From: an uncultured Bacteroidota bacterium | Lineage (GTDB): Bacteria > Bacteroidota > Ignavibacteria > Kryptoniales > JAKASW01 | Assembly: GCA_963768145.1 (NCBI GenBank) | Contig: CAVYHK010000033.1 | Coordinates: 291,756-355,755, forward strand | Reading direction: 5' to 3' | DNA length: 64,000 bases | In this document: positions 17,713-27,107 of the stretch, one piece after another | Position numbering within the stretch: the stretch's first letter is position 1 | Layout: the number at the start of each line of letters is the position of its first letter | Translations under genes and position numbers: made by a program | Notes under the pieces: generated by a model | Told to the model about the DNA's origin: nothing | Database searches by the model: none | Seen by the model: only the letters and a program-made list of their open reading frames with translations

Positions 17713-18083
17713 ATACGGTCGAAATTTACAATCACAATGTGTGATAGCCTTGAGAAAAGTAGCGACGTTTTCTTAGACTAAGTCCAAACAGTTTCAGCGG
17801 GTTTCATGACTGCGCCCATAATAATCATCTCCGGCATGAACAGACTAATTGCCGAATACTCCGAGAACAGCAAATATTTGAACTTCCTCATCTCCATGTT
17901 AAATTACCTCAAGATTCATCTTTGCCGCTCAATTATTTTCATGCACACGCATGTGGTCACCGCGAACCGGGACCGTGACATGTGCCGCCTAGCGGTATCC
18001 TACATAGCCTATTTGAACATTGACGAGCGGGACAAATATTCTGGCGGGACATGGCGTTAAGCACTCATAATGGAGAAAAAATA

Positions 18084-18998
18084 ATGAGCTTACTAGTCGT
18101 TGGGTCAATTGCGCTTGACACGATCGAGACCCCTTTCGGCCGCGCGGACAACGCTGCCGGTGGAAGTACGGTTTACATTTCTGCAGCGTCATCTTATTTC
18201 ACCGCACCGATTAGAATTGTCGGCGTGATCGGCTCCGATTTTCCGAAATCCGAAATCGATTTCTTGAAGTCACGAGGAATCGACACTGAAGGACTTCAGA
18301 TCATCAAAGACGGGAAAACCTTTCGGTGGAGCGGCCGCTATCACTATGATTTGAACGAACGGGACACGCTCGACACGCAATTAAATGTTTTTGAAAAATT
18401 CAATCCGGTTTTGCCCGAGTCTTACAGAAAAAGCACGTATGTTGTCTTGGGGAACATAAACCCTGAGCTCCAGCTTCTTGTGATTGATTCATTAGTGAAG
18501 AAACCCGAACTGATCGTCTGCGATACAATGAATCTCTGGATCAAGGATAAATACGACAAGCTCCTGGAAGTTCTGAAAAGGGTCGACGTTTTGATCGTGA
18601 ACGATTCAGAGGCACGGCTGCTCACATCGGAGCCGAACCTGATAAAAGCGGCACGAAAAATAATGAGCCTTGGCCCTCGTATAATGATAATCAAGAAGGG
18701 CGAACATGGTGCTTTATTATTCACGGGAGATACAATTTTCTCCGCACCGGCATTTCCCTTTGAATTCATCTGTGACCCGACGGGTGCCGGTGACTCGTTT
18801 GCCGGAGGATTCATTGGACACATCGCACGCACCGAGGATTTATCCGATCTTAATTTGAAAAGAGCGGTAATTTACGGGAGCGTGATGGCTTCGTTTTGCG
18901 TCGGGAAGTTCGGGACCGACGGATTAAAAGACCTGTCGGATATAGATATTCACAGGCGCTACCGTGATTTCATCGAGCTCTCCAAGTTCGACGAATGA
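18084..18998 (+). CDS. PfkB-family (ribokinase-like) sugar/nucleoside kinase
   Basis: The ATG at 18084 follows GGAGA and gives MSLLVVGSIALDTIETPFG.. C-terminal signature DPTGAGDSFAGGF. Substrate is not inferable from the sequence. Confidence 0.8.
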   Translation: MSLLVVGSIALDTIETPFGRADNAAGGSTVYISAASSYFTAPIRIVGVIGSDFPKSEIDFLKSRGIDTEGLQIIKDGKTFRWSGRYHYDLNERDTLDTQLNVFEKFNPVLPESYRKSTYVVLGNINPELQLLVIDSLVKKPELIVCDTMNLWIKDKYDKLLEVLKRVDVLIVNDSEARLLTSEPNLIKAARKIMSLGPRIMIIKKGEHGALLFTGDTIFSAPAFPFEFICDPTGAGDSFAGGFIGHIARTEDLSDLNLKRAVIYGSVMASFCVGKFGTDGLKDLSDIDIHRRYRDFIELSKFDE

Positions 18999-19020
18999 TT
19001 CCCGGTTAAGGCCCTCGGAA

Positions 19021-20049
19021 ATGACGCCGCTTCCGGATCCCATAAGATGGGACAGTGGAAAAGTCGTAATCATCGACCAGACACAGCTCCCGCACGCCGA
19101 AAAATTTCTTTCATCGGAAGATTACAGAGAAGTTTGCGAATGGATAAAATCTCTCCGCATCCGTGGGGCGCCAGCTATCGGGGTAGCTGCGGCTTACGCT
19201 GCCGCCCTTGCCGCATTCGAATTCAGATCGAAGAACCAGATTGATAATCGTTTAGAGCAAGCGCTAACGGAGATTCAAGAGACGCGGCCGACAGCCGTCA
19301 ACTTGAAAAATGCCCTTGCCCGTTTGAGAAGACTAGACTTGACCGGAAATATTGGTGAGATATTTCTGAATGAGTCGAACAGGATTCTAAATGAAGAAAT
19401 CGAAGCGTGCAAGAAGATCGGACAATTCGGACTTCAACTCGTTCCCGAAAAGGCCGCAATTCTTACCCATTGTCATACCGGCGGGCTCGCGACCGGAGGC
19501 TACGGCACAGCCCTCGGAATTATACGTGCGGCGCACGAAGGCGGGAAAGACGTTCTCGTAATTGTTGACGAAACGCGGCCGCTTCTACAGGGAGCGCGGC
19601 TCACCGCATACGAGCTTCAGAAGCTTGGAATAAAATTCAAGTTGATCGTCGATGGCGCGTCTGGAATCGCCATGAAGAAATTTGGCGTTGATCTCGTGGT
19701 TGTCGGGGCCGACAGAATTGCGGCAAACGGCGACACCGCAAACAAGATCGGCACGTACAACCTTTCGGTGCTCTGCAAGGAAAACAAGATTCCGTTTTAC
19801 GTTGCCGCGCCGAGCTCAAGTTTTGATTTGACTGCAAAATCAGGTGACGACATTCCAATCGAAGAGCGAAGCCCCGACGAAGTCACGCATTTTCAGAACT
19901 GCCGATCAGCGCCCGAGAATGTTTCGGTTTATGCGCCTGCGTTCGATGTTTCGCCGGCAGAAAACATAACAGCATTCGTGACTGAGAATGGAATAATCAA
20001 GAAGCCGTTCGGGGAGAATATCGCGCGGGCGCTGGCGGAACCTCACTGA
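19021..20049 (+). CDS. mtnA: S-methyl-5-thioribose-1-phosphate isomerase (eIF-2B alpha/beta/delta family)
   Basis: IRGAPAIGVAAAYA, TRPTAVNL, THCHTGGLATGGYGTALGIIR, ETRPLLQGARLTAYEL and GADRIAANGDTANKIGTY match the MtnA pattern rather than ribose-1,5-bisphosphate isomerase. Confidence 0.85.
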   Translation: MTPLPDPIRWDSGKVVIIDQTQLPHAEKFLSSEDYREVCEWIKSLRIRGAPAIGVAAAYAAALAAFEFRSKNQIDNRLEQALTEIQETRPTAVNLKNALARLRRLDLTGNIGEIFLNESNRILNEEIEACKKIGQFGLQLVPEKAAILTHCHTGGLATGGYGTALGIIRAAHEGGKDVLVIVDETRPLLQGARLTAYELQKLGIKFKLIVDGASGIAMKKFGVDLVVVGADRIAANGDTANKIGTYNLSVLCKENKIPFYVAAPSSSFDLTAKSGDDIPIEERSPDEVTHFQNCRSAPENVSVYAPAFDVSPAENITAFVTENGIIKKPFGENIARALAEPH

Positions 20050-20225
20050 AATTTATCCCCGCAGAAGCTATGCTGCAACGGAGGAATGCTAATCGCTAGT
20101 GAATTTTTCGTGTATCGAGATCCCGCTTTTCGGAACAAAAAGCCGACTTGTCAGCATACGGCTGATTTGAACTTTTTGAACACAAATATACTCTTGTAGG
20201 CCAAATGGGCAGCGTCGAAAAAGCA

Positions 20226-20285
20226 GATAAACGACATATGTCGTCTTTCGTGTCAGTAAAGCGGGATAAACGACATGTTGTCGTA
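20226..20285. promoter_or_regulatory. Two direct copies of GATAAACGACAT..TGTCGT, each containing a palindrome (candidate operator pair)
   Basis: 20226-20245 is GATAAACGACATATGTCGTC (perfect 14-bp palindrome ACGACATATGTCGT). 20265-20285 is GATAAACGACATGTTGTCGTA. Copies are 39 bp apart; the second ends 45 nt upstream of the ATG at 20330. Confidence 0.5.
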
Positions 20286-20329
20286 GTTCAGGTAGTTAGC
20301 TGACATTTGGCTAGAGGGCATTTTAGAAA

Positions 20330-21070
20330 ATGAGAGCGAATTCATTAATCACGGTGATAATTTTCACCCCAGTTCTCTTTGGTGCTGGCTGCACAAACAA
20401 TCCGAGCGGACCTGACAATGGTGATCTTTACCTTTCTGGTCGTGTCGAGAATTGGAATCCGAGTTGGTTCCAAAGTGAACTCTTTGCTTGTGCGGGAGAT
20501 TGGTCCGCCAATTTCATCCTGGACAGCTCTAATATACAGAGCGATGGCGCCTTTTCAATTAAGGCACCTCTACCCAACGCCCCTGACAGTTCCTTGAAAA
20601 GTTTTGTACCGATTTCTCGTCCCGCCTCGATTTACTTCACGGAAACCGATGGGCGAGTTTTCTCTAATACCAACGCAAAATATGTCCGCTTACATTTGGT
20701 GGTACATGATATTCCTAAGGATGTTCCCTGGGAGCTATACGCTCAGAATAAGTCGCCGACCACCGACTCGGTTCGCGCCGTCGGTGACTATACCGTTGAA
20801 TACTTCTATTTCTCTGATTCAACTGCAATCACTGGTTCCTATCTTGTAACCTTTAATGATTCGCTTTTGCAAAACCCGCCTTCACGAAAATCGTATCTTA
20901 CAGAATATGATGTCACGGTTTCCCGTGGATGGAATGCCATATACACTTCGATCATTTCGGATGATAGCCACGCACGCACGTATAGGGTCGTTTCTAATGA
21001 CATGGCACACAAGACTTGGTATGCGGCCTTTTATTTCTTGTACGGCTTCGATTGGGTTGCAGGTTTATGA
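20330..21070 (+). CDS. Hypothetical lipoprotein (246 aa)
   Basis: MRANSLITVIIFTPVLFGAGCTNN (signal peptide plus lipobox). No family recognised. Confidence 0.6.
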   Translation: MRANSLITVIIFTPVLFGAGCTNNPSGPDNGDLYLSGRVENWNPSWFQSELFACAGDWSANFILDSSNIQSDGAFSIKAPLPNAPDSSLKSFVPISRPASIYFTETDGRVFSNTNAKYVRLHLVVHDIPKDVPWELYAQNKSPTTDSVRAVGDYTVEYFYFSDSTAITGSYLVTFNDSLLQNPPSRKSYLTEYDVTVSRGWNAIYTSIISDDSHARTYRVVSNDMAHKTWYAAFYFLYGFDWVAGL

Positions 21071-21227
21071 ATAGCAGTAATTTTCGCCAAACGCCAGTTA
21101 ACACGTGCAAGCAAAGATAGGTTTTCTAAATGCGTTTTGCGGCACACCTAATCAACCCAGAGAGCGATGTTATCTGGAAACCACATAAAAAGGAGTCAGC
21201 ACCTGGAAGTGCAGAGAGGAGAGCACG

Positions 21228-21572
21228 ATGAGCAACGAAGAGGTGGCACCTGAGACGAAAGGTGTTACGGTGAAGTTACTTGCAACGGTTGACCTTGGCC
21301 CTGAGATCGAGGGCATGGCAGGGCGCCAACTTCGAACGCGTATGGTGACCATCGAGCCTGGAGGCGTCTTCGGCCCGATTCACGACCATAGAAACAGACC
21401 CGGCACCGTCTACATACTGCAAGGAACGATCACCGACCATCGAAATGGAGTCGCTACGGACTATGGGCCGGGAGTGGGCTGGCCCGAGGATAGGAACACC
21501 ACACACTGGCTTGAGAACAGAGGAACGGTTCCGGCGGTGGAGATCTCGGTCGATATAGTCAGGCAAGAGTAA
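21228..21572 (+). CDS. Cupin-domain protein (114 aa)
   Basis: MVTIEPGGVFGPIHDHRNRPGTVYILQGTITDH..G....GPGVGWPE...THWLEN is a cupin_2-like two-motif pattern. Visibly more G+C-rich than its neighbours. Confidence 0.65.
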   Translation: MSNEEVAPETKGVTVKLLATVDLGPEIEGMAGRQLRTRMVTIEPGGVFGPIHDHRNRPGTVYILQGTITDHRNGVATDYGPGVGWPEDRNTTHWLENRGTVPAVEISVDIVRQE

Positions 21573-21899
21573 GCTCAGGTCCGGCGTCCAACACGGTCGG
21601 GCCTAACATGCGGCTCAACCGGACGCCAAAACGACGCTCGCACACTGGATAGGCAAGCTTAAATCTATGTTCGGCCAAATGTAAAGTGCTCACTCCATTG
21701 CGTCCAGCCACAGCCTACCGATCGTTCAATGGGTGGCGGGCCGCAACGGCGTTTTGGCTGAACGTTATGCAACCTGGTTCCTCCAAGAGTGGCGGAACCA
21801 GAAGTGAAGAGATTCACGAGGCGCTATATTAATATTTGGCTGTAAGATGCTGATTTCTGCTTCCCTTTTTCTCGCACCATGTCCGTGTTAAATTAATTC

Positions 21900-22682
21900 G
21901 TGTCAATTGAAAAAACAGAAGCCATTGTTTTGAAAGCGATCAACTACCGCGATACGAGCAAGATCGTGACGTTTTATACGAAACGTTACGGGAAAATGAG
22001 CGCAATCGCGAAAGGTGCACGCAACCCGAAAAGCAAATTCGGCTCTCTCTTTCAGCCGCTTAATTATCTCGAGATAGTCTTCTACCGCCGCGAGAATCGG
22101 CAGCTCCAGTATGTCTCTTCCAGCGACTTCGTGAAATATTTCAAATCGCTGACGACAAATGTCGAGAAACTATCGGTCGCAATCTCACTCATCGAAATCG
22201 TAAATCGCGTCATGCACGATGAGGAGGAAAATGAGCGGCTCTTCGGACTTCTGGTGGATTCATTAGACGAGCTCAACAATCTTTCGTCGGAAGCAAAACA
22301 AATCTCTCCTTTAAACGTTTTCATACATTTCGGACTTCATCTCGCAATGAATCTCGGTTTCGCACCGAATTTCGGAGACTGCCTGATTTGCGGTAAGTCG
22401 ATTGATGTTGAGAAAAAAAGACAGATTAGTTATGTTATCGAGAAGGGCGGGCCTTTGTGTGACGGTTGTTCCTCAAAAGTCAGCAATGCTTTTGTTATTT
22501 CAAGCCCGGCATTTTTAATTTTACGGAGTTTCACCCGTCTAAGTTCCGGAGCCGCCGCAAGGTCAAGAATGGAACTGGCGCTTCAATATGAACTTTCAAA
22601 TTTTGTTTTTGTTTACTTAAGAAGACATTCGGACAGTCTCAAAGAGATAAAATCCTTAAAATTCATGACTGCCTTAAAATGA
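21900..22682 (+). CDS. recO: DNA repair protein RecO
   Basis: GTG start. SIEKTEAIVLKAINYRDTSKIVTFYTKRYGKMSAIAKGARNPKSKF... is the OB-fold N-terminus; there is a CxxC...CxxC zinc site (GDCLICGK...LCDGCS). Confidence 0.85.
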   Translation: MSIEKTEAIVLKAINYRDTSKIVTFYTKRYGKMSAIAKGARNPKSKFGSLFQPLNYLEIVFYRRENRQLQYVSSSDFVKYFKSLTTNVEKLSVAISLIEIVNRVMHDEEENERLFGLLVDSLDELNNLSSEAKQISPLNVFIHFGLHLAMNLGFAPNFGDCLICGKSIDVEKKRQISYVIEKGGPLCDGCSSKVSNAFVISSPAFLILRSFTRLSSGAAARSRMELALQYELSNFVFVYLRRHSDSLKEIKSLKFMTALK

Positions 22683-22717
22683 TTTGTCCGTAGAACTTCT
22701 TCGGAGGAGGTTTAATT

Positions 22718-24238
22718 ATGCGAAACAGAACAATACTCGGAGCGGCGCTGCTCATTGCGGTCGGAAGCGTGTTCGGTGCGTTTCTCGTTATGAGTTTCAA
22801 CGGCGTGGGTGCGAGTCTCGGTTTCTCCGGTGAAAAGGTGAAATTGGGCGGGCCTACACCGATTGTAAACACCAACCTGAATCTGATGGCAACGCAAGAA
22901 GCATTTGTCGCGGTTGCAAAAGCCGTGACTCCAGCCGTTGTCAGCGTTACGATCACTACTAAACCGAAAAGCAGCATTCCATTCTTTCATAATTTTCAAT
23001 TCAATTTTCCAGAGCCGCAGCCGGAAAAGGGAATGGGATCGGGAGTCATCGTAACCGCCGACGGATACATTCTTACCAACAACCATGTTGTTGACGATGC
23101 AGAGAAGAACGGAATCAAGGTTACGCTTTCCGACAACCGAGAATTTAACGGGACCGTCATCGGCAAAGACCCGACCACCGACGTTGCGGTAATCAAGATC
23201 GATGCGAAAGGCCTTCCCGTTGCTGCACTTGGGAATTCAGACAGCGTGGAAGTCGGCCAATGGGTTCTCGCAATCGGAAATCCGCTCGGGCTGACCTCGA
23301 CGGTGACCGCCGGTATCGTCAGCGCACTCGGAAGGAACATAGACGTAACCACTTCGCAGCAAAATTACGGCATCAGCAACTTTATCCAGACAGATGCTGC
23401 GATCAACCCGGGCAACAGCGGCGGCGCACTGGTGAATATCAAAGGCGAAGTAATCGGGATCAACGCCGCCATTGCCACCAGAAGCGGCTACAACCAGGGT
23501 TATGGTTTTGCAATTCCGATAAATCTTGTGCGAAAGATGGCGGAAGACTTGATCGCCTACGGCAGAGTCAAGAGGCCGTGGCTCGGAATCAAAATGAAAT
23601 CGGAGCTCGATGAAACCGACGCGCGTGCACTCGGAATGTCCAAGCCGGCCGGCGTGCTCGTCCAGGATATTATATCTGGCACTCCGGCAGACAAGGCGGG
23701 AATCAAAGCCGGCGACGTCATTCTATCCGTCAATGGAAAAGACGTGAACGCCGCGAACGAGATCCAGATCATAATCGCTGAACACAAACCGGGCGACGTG
23801 GTCTCCGTGAAAATTTATCGAGACGGCAGCACAATTGGGAAGAACATCACGCTGAACGAACTGCCAGAAGAAAACCTGGCGAGCACAAACCAAAATGTCA
23901 ACGAGAACGAAGGAGAGGCGCCCAGCGACAACGGCCAGCTAAGTGTCGCTAAACTCGGAATCACCGTGCAGCCGCTTGACGACGACACAAGGAAGCAGGC
24001 AAACGTTGAATCGGGAATTCTTGTCGCGGGTGTTTCGCCGAGCGGACCAGCGGCGGACAGGACGCTGCTGCAAGGCGACATCATTACTGAGGTGGACCAC
24101 CAGAAGGTCAAATCACCGAAGGATTTTGTCGATGCGTTGAAGAACAAGAAAAGCGGCGACGCCGTGATGCTGCGAGTGGTTACAAAACAAGGCGACACTT
24201 TCGTTTCAAGGTTCGTGGCTGTAGAAGTCGGCGAATAA
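22718..24238 (+). CDS. htrA: Periplasmic serine endoprotease DegP/HtrA family (trypsin-like domain plus two PDZ domains)
   Basis: GSGVIVTADGYILTNNHVV, TDVAVIKI and TDAAINPGNSGGALV form the catalytic triad context. Two PDZ-like segments follow. SD GGAGGAGG lies upstream. Confidence 0.9.
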   Translation: MRNRTILGAALLIAVGSVFGAFLVMSFNGVGASLGFSGEKVKLGGPTPIVNTNLNLMATQEAFVAVAKAVTPAVVSVTITTKPKSSIPFFHNFQFNFPEPQPEKGMGSGVIVTADGYILTNNHVVDDAEKNGIKVTLSDNREFNGTVIGKDPTTDVAVIKIDAKGLPVAALGNSDSVEVGQWVLAIGNPLGLTSTVTAGIVSALGRNIDVTTSQQNYGISNFIQTDAAINPGNSGGALVNIKGEVIGINAAIATRSGYNQGYGFAIPINLVRKMAEDLIAYGRVKRPWLGIKMKSELDETDARALGMSKPAGVLVQDIISGTPADKAGIKAGDVILSVNGKDVNAANEIQIIIAEHKPGDVVSVKIYRDGSTIGKNITLNELPEENLASTNQNVNENEGEAPSDNGQLSVAKLGITVQPLDDDTRKQANVESGILVAGVSPSGPAADRTLLQGDIITEVDHQKVKSPKDFVDALKNKKSGDAVMLRVVTKQGDTFVSRFVAVEVGE

Positions 24239-24261
24239 ATTTCAGAAAAATCTTGAATAGA

Positions 24262-24296
24262 AGTGCGACCTGATTGAAACGGGTCGCACTTTTTGT
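24262..24296 (+). terminator. Rho-independent terminator after htrA
   Basis: AGTGCGACC-tgattgaaacg-GGTCGCACT (perfect 9-bp stem) followed by TTTTTG. Confidence 0.8.
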
Positions 24297-24367
24297 TTGT
24301 GGAAAGCTTTCTACTATCAGGGAAAACTGCTAAGTTTCTCTCAAAGAAAATTCGATCGGGCACTACC

Positions 24368-24655
24368 ATGGACCAAGAATTCCTTAATTTGCTCCAAGAT
24401 CCAAATACCCAGGCGCCGCCGACGTATCCAAGGGTAGCAAAGAAATTCTACGGCGATCAAGAAACGATCAAGAATCCCGCCGGGTTCGCTCCCAAGTTCT
24501 GCCACGACATTGAGTATGAAGAAGTCTGCAGCGGCGAACTGCTTGCTCTGACATCCTCGAAACCGCGAAAGCATTTCTATAACCTACGATACAAGTTGCA
24601 GGGTTTCCGTTTCCACTCCGCAGCGATTTTTCTTATATTAAATCCACTATGTTAA
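24368..24655 (+). CDS. Hypothetical small protein (95 aa); coding status uncertain
   Basis: ORF 24293-24655 with its start trimmed to ATG 24368, because the upstream part lies inside the terminator. Its stop overlaps the aroC start (ATGTTAA). No family recognised. Confidence 0.3.
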   Translation: MDQEFLNLLQDPNTQAPPTYPRVAKKFYGDQETIKNPAGFAPKFCHDIEYEEVCSGELLALTSSKPRKHFYNLRYKLQGFRFHSAAIFLILNPLC

Positions 24656-25833
24656 GATTACTTACCGCAGGCGAATCGCACGGCAGGGCACTCGTCGGAA
24701 TTATCGAAGGTGTCCCATCAAACCTGCGACTCGATGTCGAATACATCAACCGCCAGCTTTTCCGCCGCCAGCAGGGTTACGGACGCGGCGGAAGAATGAA
24801 AATAGAAAGCGACAAAGCTGAAATCCTTTCCGGCGTCCGACACGGCAAAACCATCGGCTCTCCCATCTCGCTTGTGATATGGAACCGCGACTTCGAGAAC
24901 TGGACAGAGAGCATGTCAGTGGAAGCCGTCGCTAAAGAGATTGAGAAGGTTTTCATTGCCCGTCCCGGTCACGCAGACCTGGTGGGCAAGTTCAAATATT
25001 CATTCAACGACATGCGAAACGTGATTGAACGGGCAAGCGCCCGCGAGACGGCTATGCGAGTCGCGCTTAGCTCAGTTGCAAGAAAACTCCTCAGCGACCT
25101 CGGAGTGAGAATCGGAAGCCATGTTTTCTCAATCGGCTCCGCCGGATATAAAGACAGGGAAGCCCTCGATTCCGTTCTTTTCAGAATCATCAGCGGGAAG
25201 AAGGGTGCGGAGGAAATTTCGAGCGAGGCAGACAAGTCGGAAGTGAGATGCCTAGACGAAAGTGTTGCCGGGAAGATGGTACAGCAAATTAGACGGGCAA
25301 AGAAGTTGGGCGATACGGTTGGCGGCATCGTAGAGACATATGTCACCGGATTGCCAATTGGACTTGGAAGCTACGTCGAGTATGACAGGAAGCTCGATGG
25401 GCAGCTTGCACAGGCGGTAATGTCGATACATGCAATAAAGGGCGTGGAAATCGGCGAAGGATTCAGGAACGCAACAAGGTTGGGCTCTGAGGTCCACGAC
25501 GAAATTTTACTGAAGGGCAGGAAGATCGTCAGGCCGACAAACCGTGCCGGTGGACTTGAAGGCGGCGTAACAAATGGACAGCCGCTATGGATCCGCGCAG
25601 CGATGAAACCCATTTCAACTTTGATGAAACCATTGAGGAGTGTCGATCTGTCAACAATGAAACCCGCCGAAGCACGAAGAGAACGATCCGATTTTTGCGC
25701 GGTCCCAGCTGCCGCTGTTGTCGCCGAGAATGTTATCGCTCCGGTTCTGGCAAACGCCGTCCTTGAAAAATTCGGCGGCGACAGCATGGAAGAATTGAAG
25801 AAACGATTTGCAACCGAAGCATTCTTTGGGTGA
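24649..25833 (+). CDS. aroC: Chorismate synthase
   Basis: MLRLLTAGESHGRALVGIIEGVPSNL..., GRSSARETAMRVA-like ERASARETAMRVA, and GGLEGGVTNGQPL. 394 aa. Confidence 0.92.
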   Translation: MLRLLTAGESHGRALVGIIEGVPSNLRLDVEYINRQLFRRQQGYGRGGRMKIESDKAEILSGVRHGKTIGSPISLVIWNRDFENWTESMSVEAVAKEIEKVFIARPGHADLVGKFKYSFNDMRNVIERASARETAMRVALSSVARKLLSDLGVRIGSHVFSIGSAGYKDREALDSVLFRIISGKKGAEEISSEADKSEVRCLDESVAGKMVQQIRRAKKLGDTVGGIVETYVTGLPIGLGSYVEYDRKLDGQLAQAVMSIHAIKGVEIGEGFRNATRLGSEVHDEILLKGRKIVRPTNRAGGLEGGVTNGQPLWIRAAMKPISTLMKPLRSVDLSTMKPAEARRERSDFCAVPAAAVVAENVIAPVLANAVLEKFGGDSMEELKKRFATEAFFG

Positions 25834-25844
25834 TGAATAGAGTA

Positions 25845-25912
25845 GAATTCTCAATTCTGAATTTTGAATTTTAAATTATAATTGAGAAGCCGGAATTTAA
25901 AATTTATAATCA
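25845..25912. repeat. Heptamer-periodic AT-rich array (GAATTCT CAATTCT GAATTTT GAATTTT AAATTAT AATTGAG ... GGAATTT AAAATTT ATAATCA)
   Basis: Read directly. It fills the aroC / DUF1624-gene spacer. An inverted relative lies at 28947-28988. Confidence 0.8.
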
Positions 25913-25916
25913 GACA

Positions 25917-27059
25917 GTGAAGCGGATCGGTTACGTTGATCAGTTCAGGGGACTTGCAACTATCTTCATGGTGGAGACACATGTTGTCAACGCTCTGCTC
26001 CTCGACTCACTTCGGCAAAATGTTGTTTTTAAGACTCTCGATTTCGTGAACGGTTTTGTTGCGCCCGCATTTCTTTTCGTCGCCGGTTTTTCTTTCACGC
26101 TCGCCCTGAACAGAAAGGGTGACGCCTACCGCAAGTTTTCTCCGGAGCTACTGCGGCACGCGAAGCGGCTTGTTTTCATTTGGGTAACCGGTTACCTGAT
26201 GCACGTTCCGTATTTCTCGCTTTTCAAAACCGTGCACGGCTCGACCCCGGAGAACATGACCGCGTTCCTTGCTGTCGATATACTTCAGTGTATTGCAACC
26301 ACGTTATTACTCGTCCATCTCATCAGAGTAATCATCAAAAGCGACCGCGCGTTCAATATGGTCTTGTGGGGATTGTTCTGGCTCTTCATAATCGCGGCGC
26401 CAATCGCCGGATTTCTGGATCCATACCAGGTTTTGCCGAAATTCTTCGGGCAGTATTTCAATCGACTCCACGGTTCGCTGTTTCCGCTAATTCCGTGGTC
26501 AAGTTTTCTCATCGCGGGAATAATAGCCTCACAGAAGATCACATTTGAAAAAGACAGCCGGTTTGGAGAAAGGCTGCTTTCAATCGGAGGAGTGCTCGTT
26601 GTCGCAGGGCTTGCGCTCGCATTTCTGCACAAATTCCTTCTTCCGCAGATAAATTTATACGATTATGCACCGGGGTGGTTCCTGTTAAGACTCGGGATGC
26701 TCCTTTGGATATTGAAGGCGATTATCCGGTATGAAAGTAAAAGAAATATCGTCCCGCAAACGGGATCTGCAACATGGTCGGCAGTGAAAGTGTTCGGACG
26801 CGAATCATTTTTGGTTTATGTCGCACACGTCCTTTTCATTTACGGATCGAGCGCGAAGAACATATCGCTAGCAGAATCCGTCGGGAGAACGCTGAATTAT
26901 TTACAATGCTTCGGGATATTCGTGGTGTTGACAATTGCAATGTTCGTTCTCGCTTACGCGTGGTCAACCCTAAAGAAAAAGGACTACAATCTTTCGCGGC
27001 TCGTTCAGTATACTTTTGTCTCGGGTTTCTTTTATCTCTTCATCAAGAACCCGTACTAA
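25917..27059 (+). CDS. Multi-pass membrane protein, DUF1624 / heparan-alpha-glucosaminide N-acetyltransferase-like acyltransferase
   Basis: GTG start. KRIGYVDQFRGLATIFMVETHVVNALL is the typical N-terminus of this family. About 10 hydrophobic segments. Confidence 0.7.
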   Translation: MKRIGYVDQFRGLATIFMVETHVVNALLLDSLRQNVVFKTLDFVNGFVAPAFLFVAGFSFTLALNRKGDAYRKFSPELLRHAKRLVFIWVTGYLMHVPYFSLFKTVHGSTPENMTAFLAVDILQCIATTLLLVHLIRVIIKSDRAFNMVLWGLFWLFIIAAPIAGFLDPYQVLPKFFGQYFNRLHGSLFPLIPWSSFLIAGIIASQKITFEKDSRFGERLLSIGGVLVVAGLALAFLHKFLLPQINLYDYAPGWFLLRLGMLLWILKAIIRYESKRNIVPQTGSATWSAVKVFGRESFLVYVAHVLFIYGSSAKNISLAESVGRTLNYLQCFGIFVVLTIAMFVLAYAWSTLKKKDYNLSRLVQYTFVSGFFYLFIKNPY

Positions 27060-27065
27060 GCAAAA

Positions 27066-27105
27066 GGGACAAAGGGGCAGAGATACACAGGCACAAAGGC
27101 AATAA
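27066..27105. repeat. Octamer-periodic array GGGACAAA GGGGCAGA GATACACA GGCACAAA GGCAATAA
   Basis: Read directly. It is the inverted partner of the array at 27481-27513. Confidence 0.75.
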
Positions 27106-27107
27106 GT

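Noticed and set aside
17900-18083. SAM riboswitch upstream of pfkB-mtnA
   Set aside because: None of the S-box or SAM-II core sequences is recognisable; only short generic hairpins are present.
25845-25912. CRISPR-like array (also considered for 28947-28988)
   Set aside because: The period is 7 nt with no spacers, total length is under 70 nt, and there are no cas genes. These are low-complexity tandem arrays, not CRISPR.
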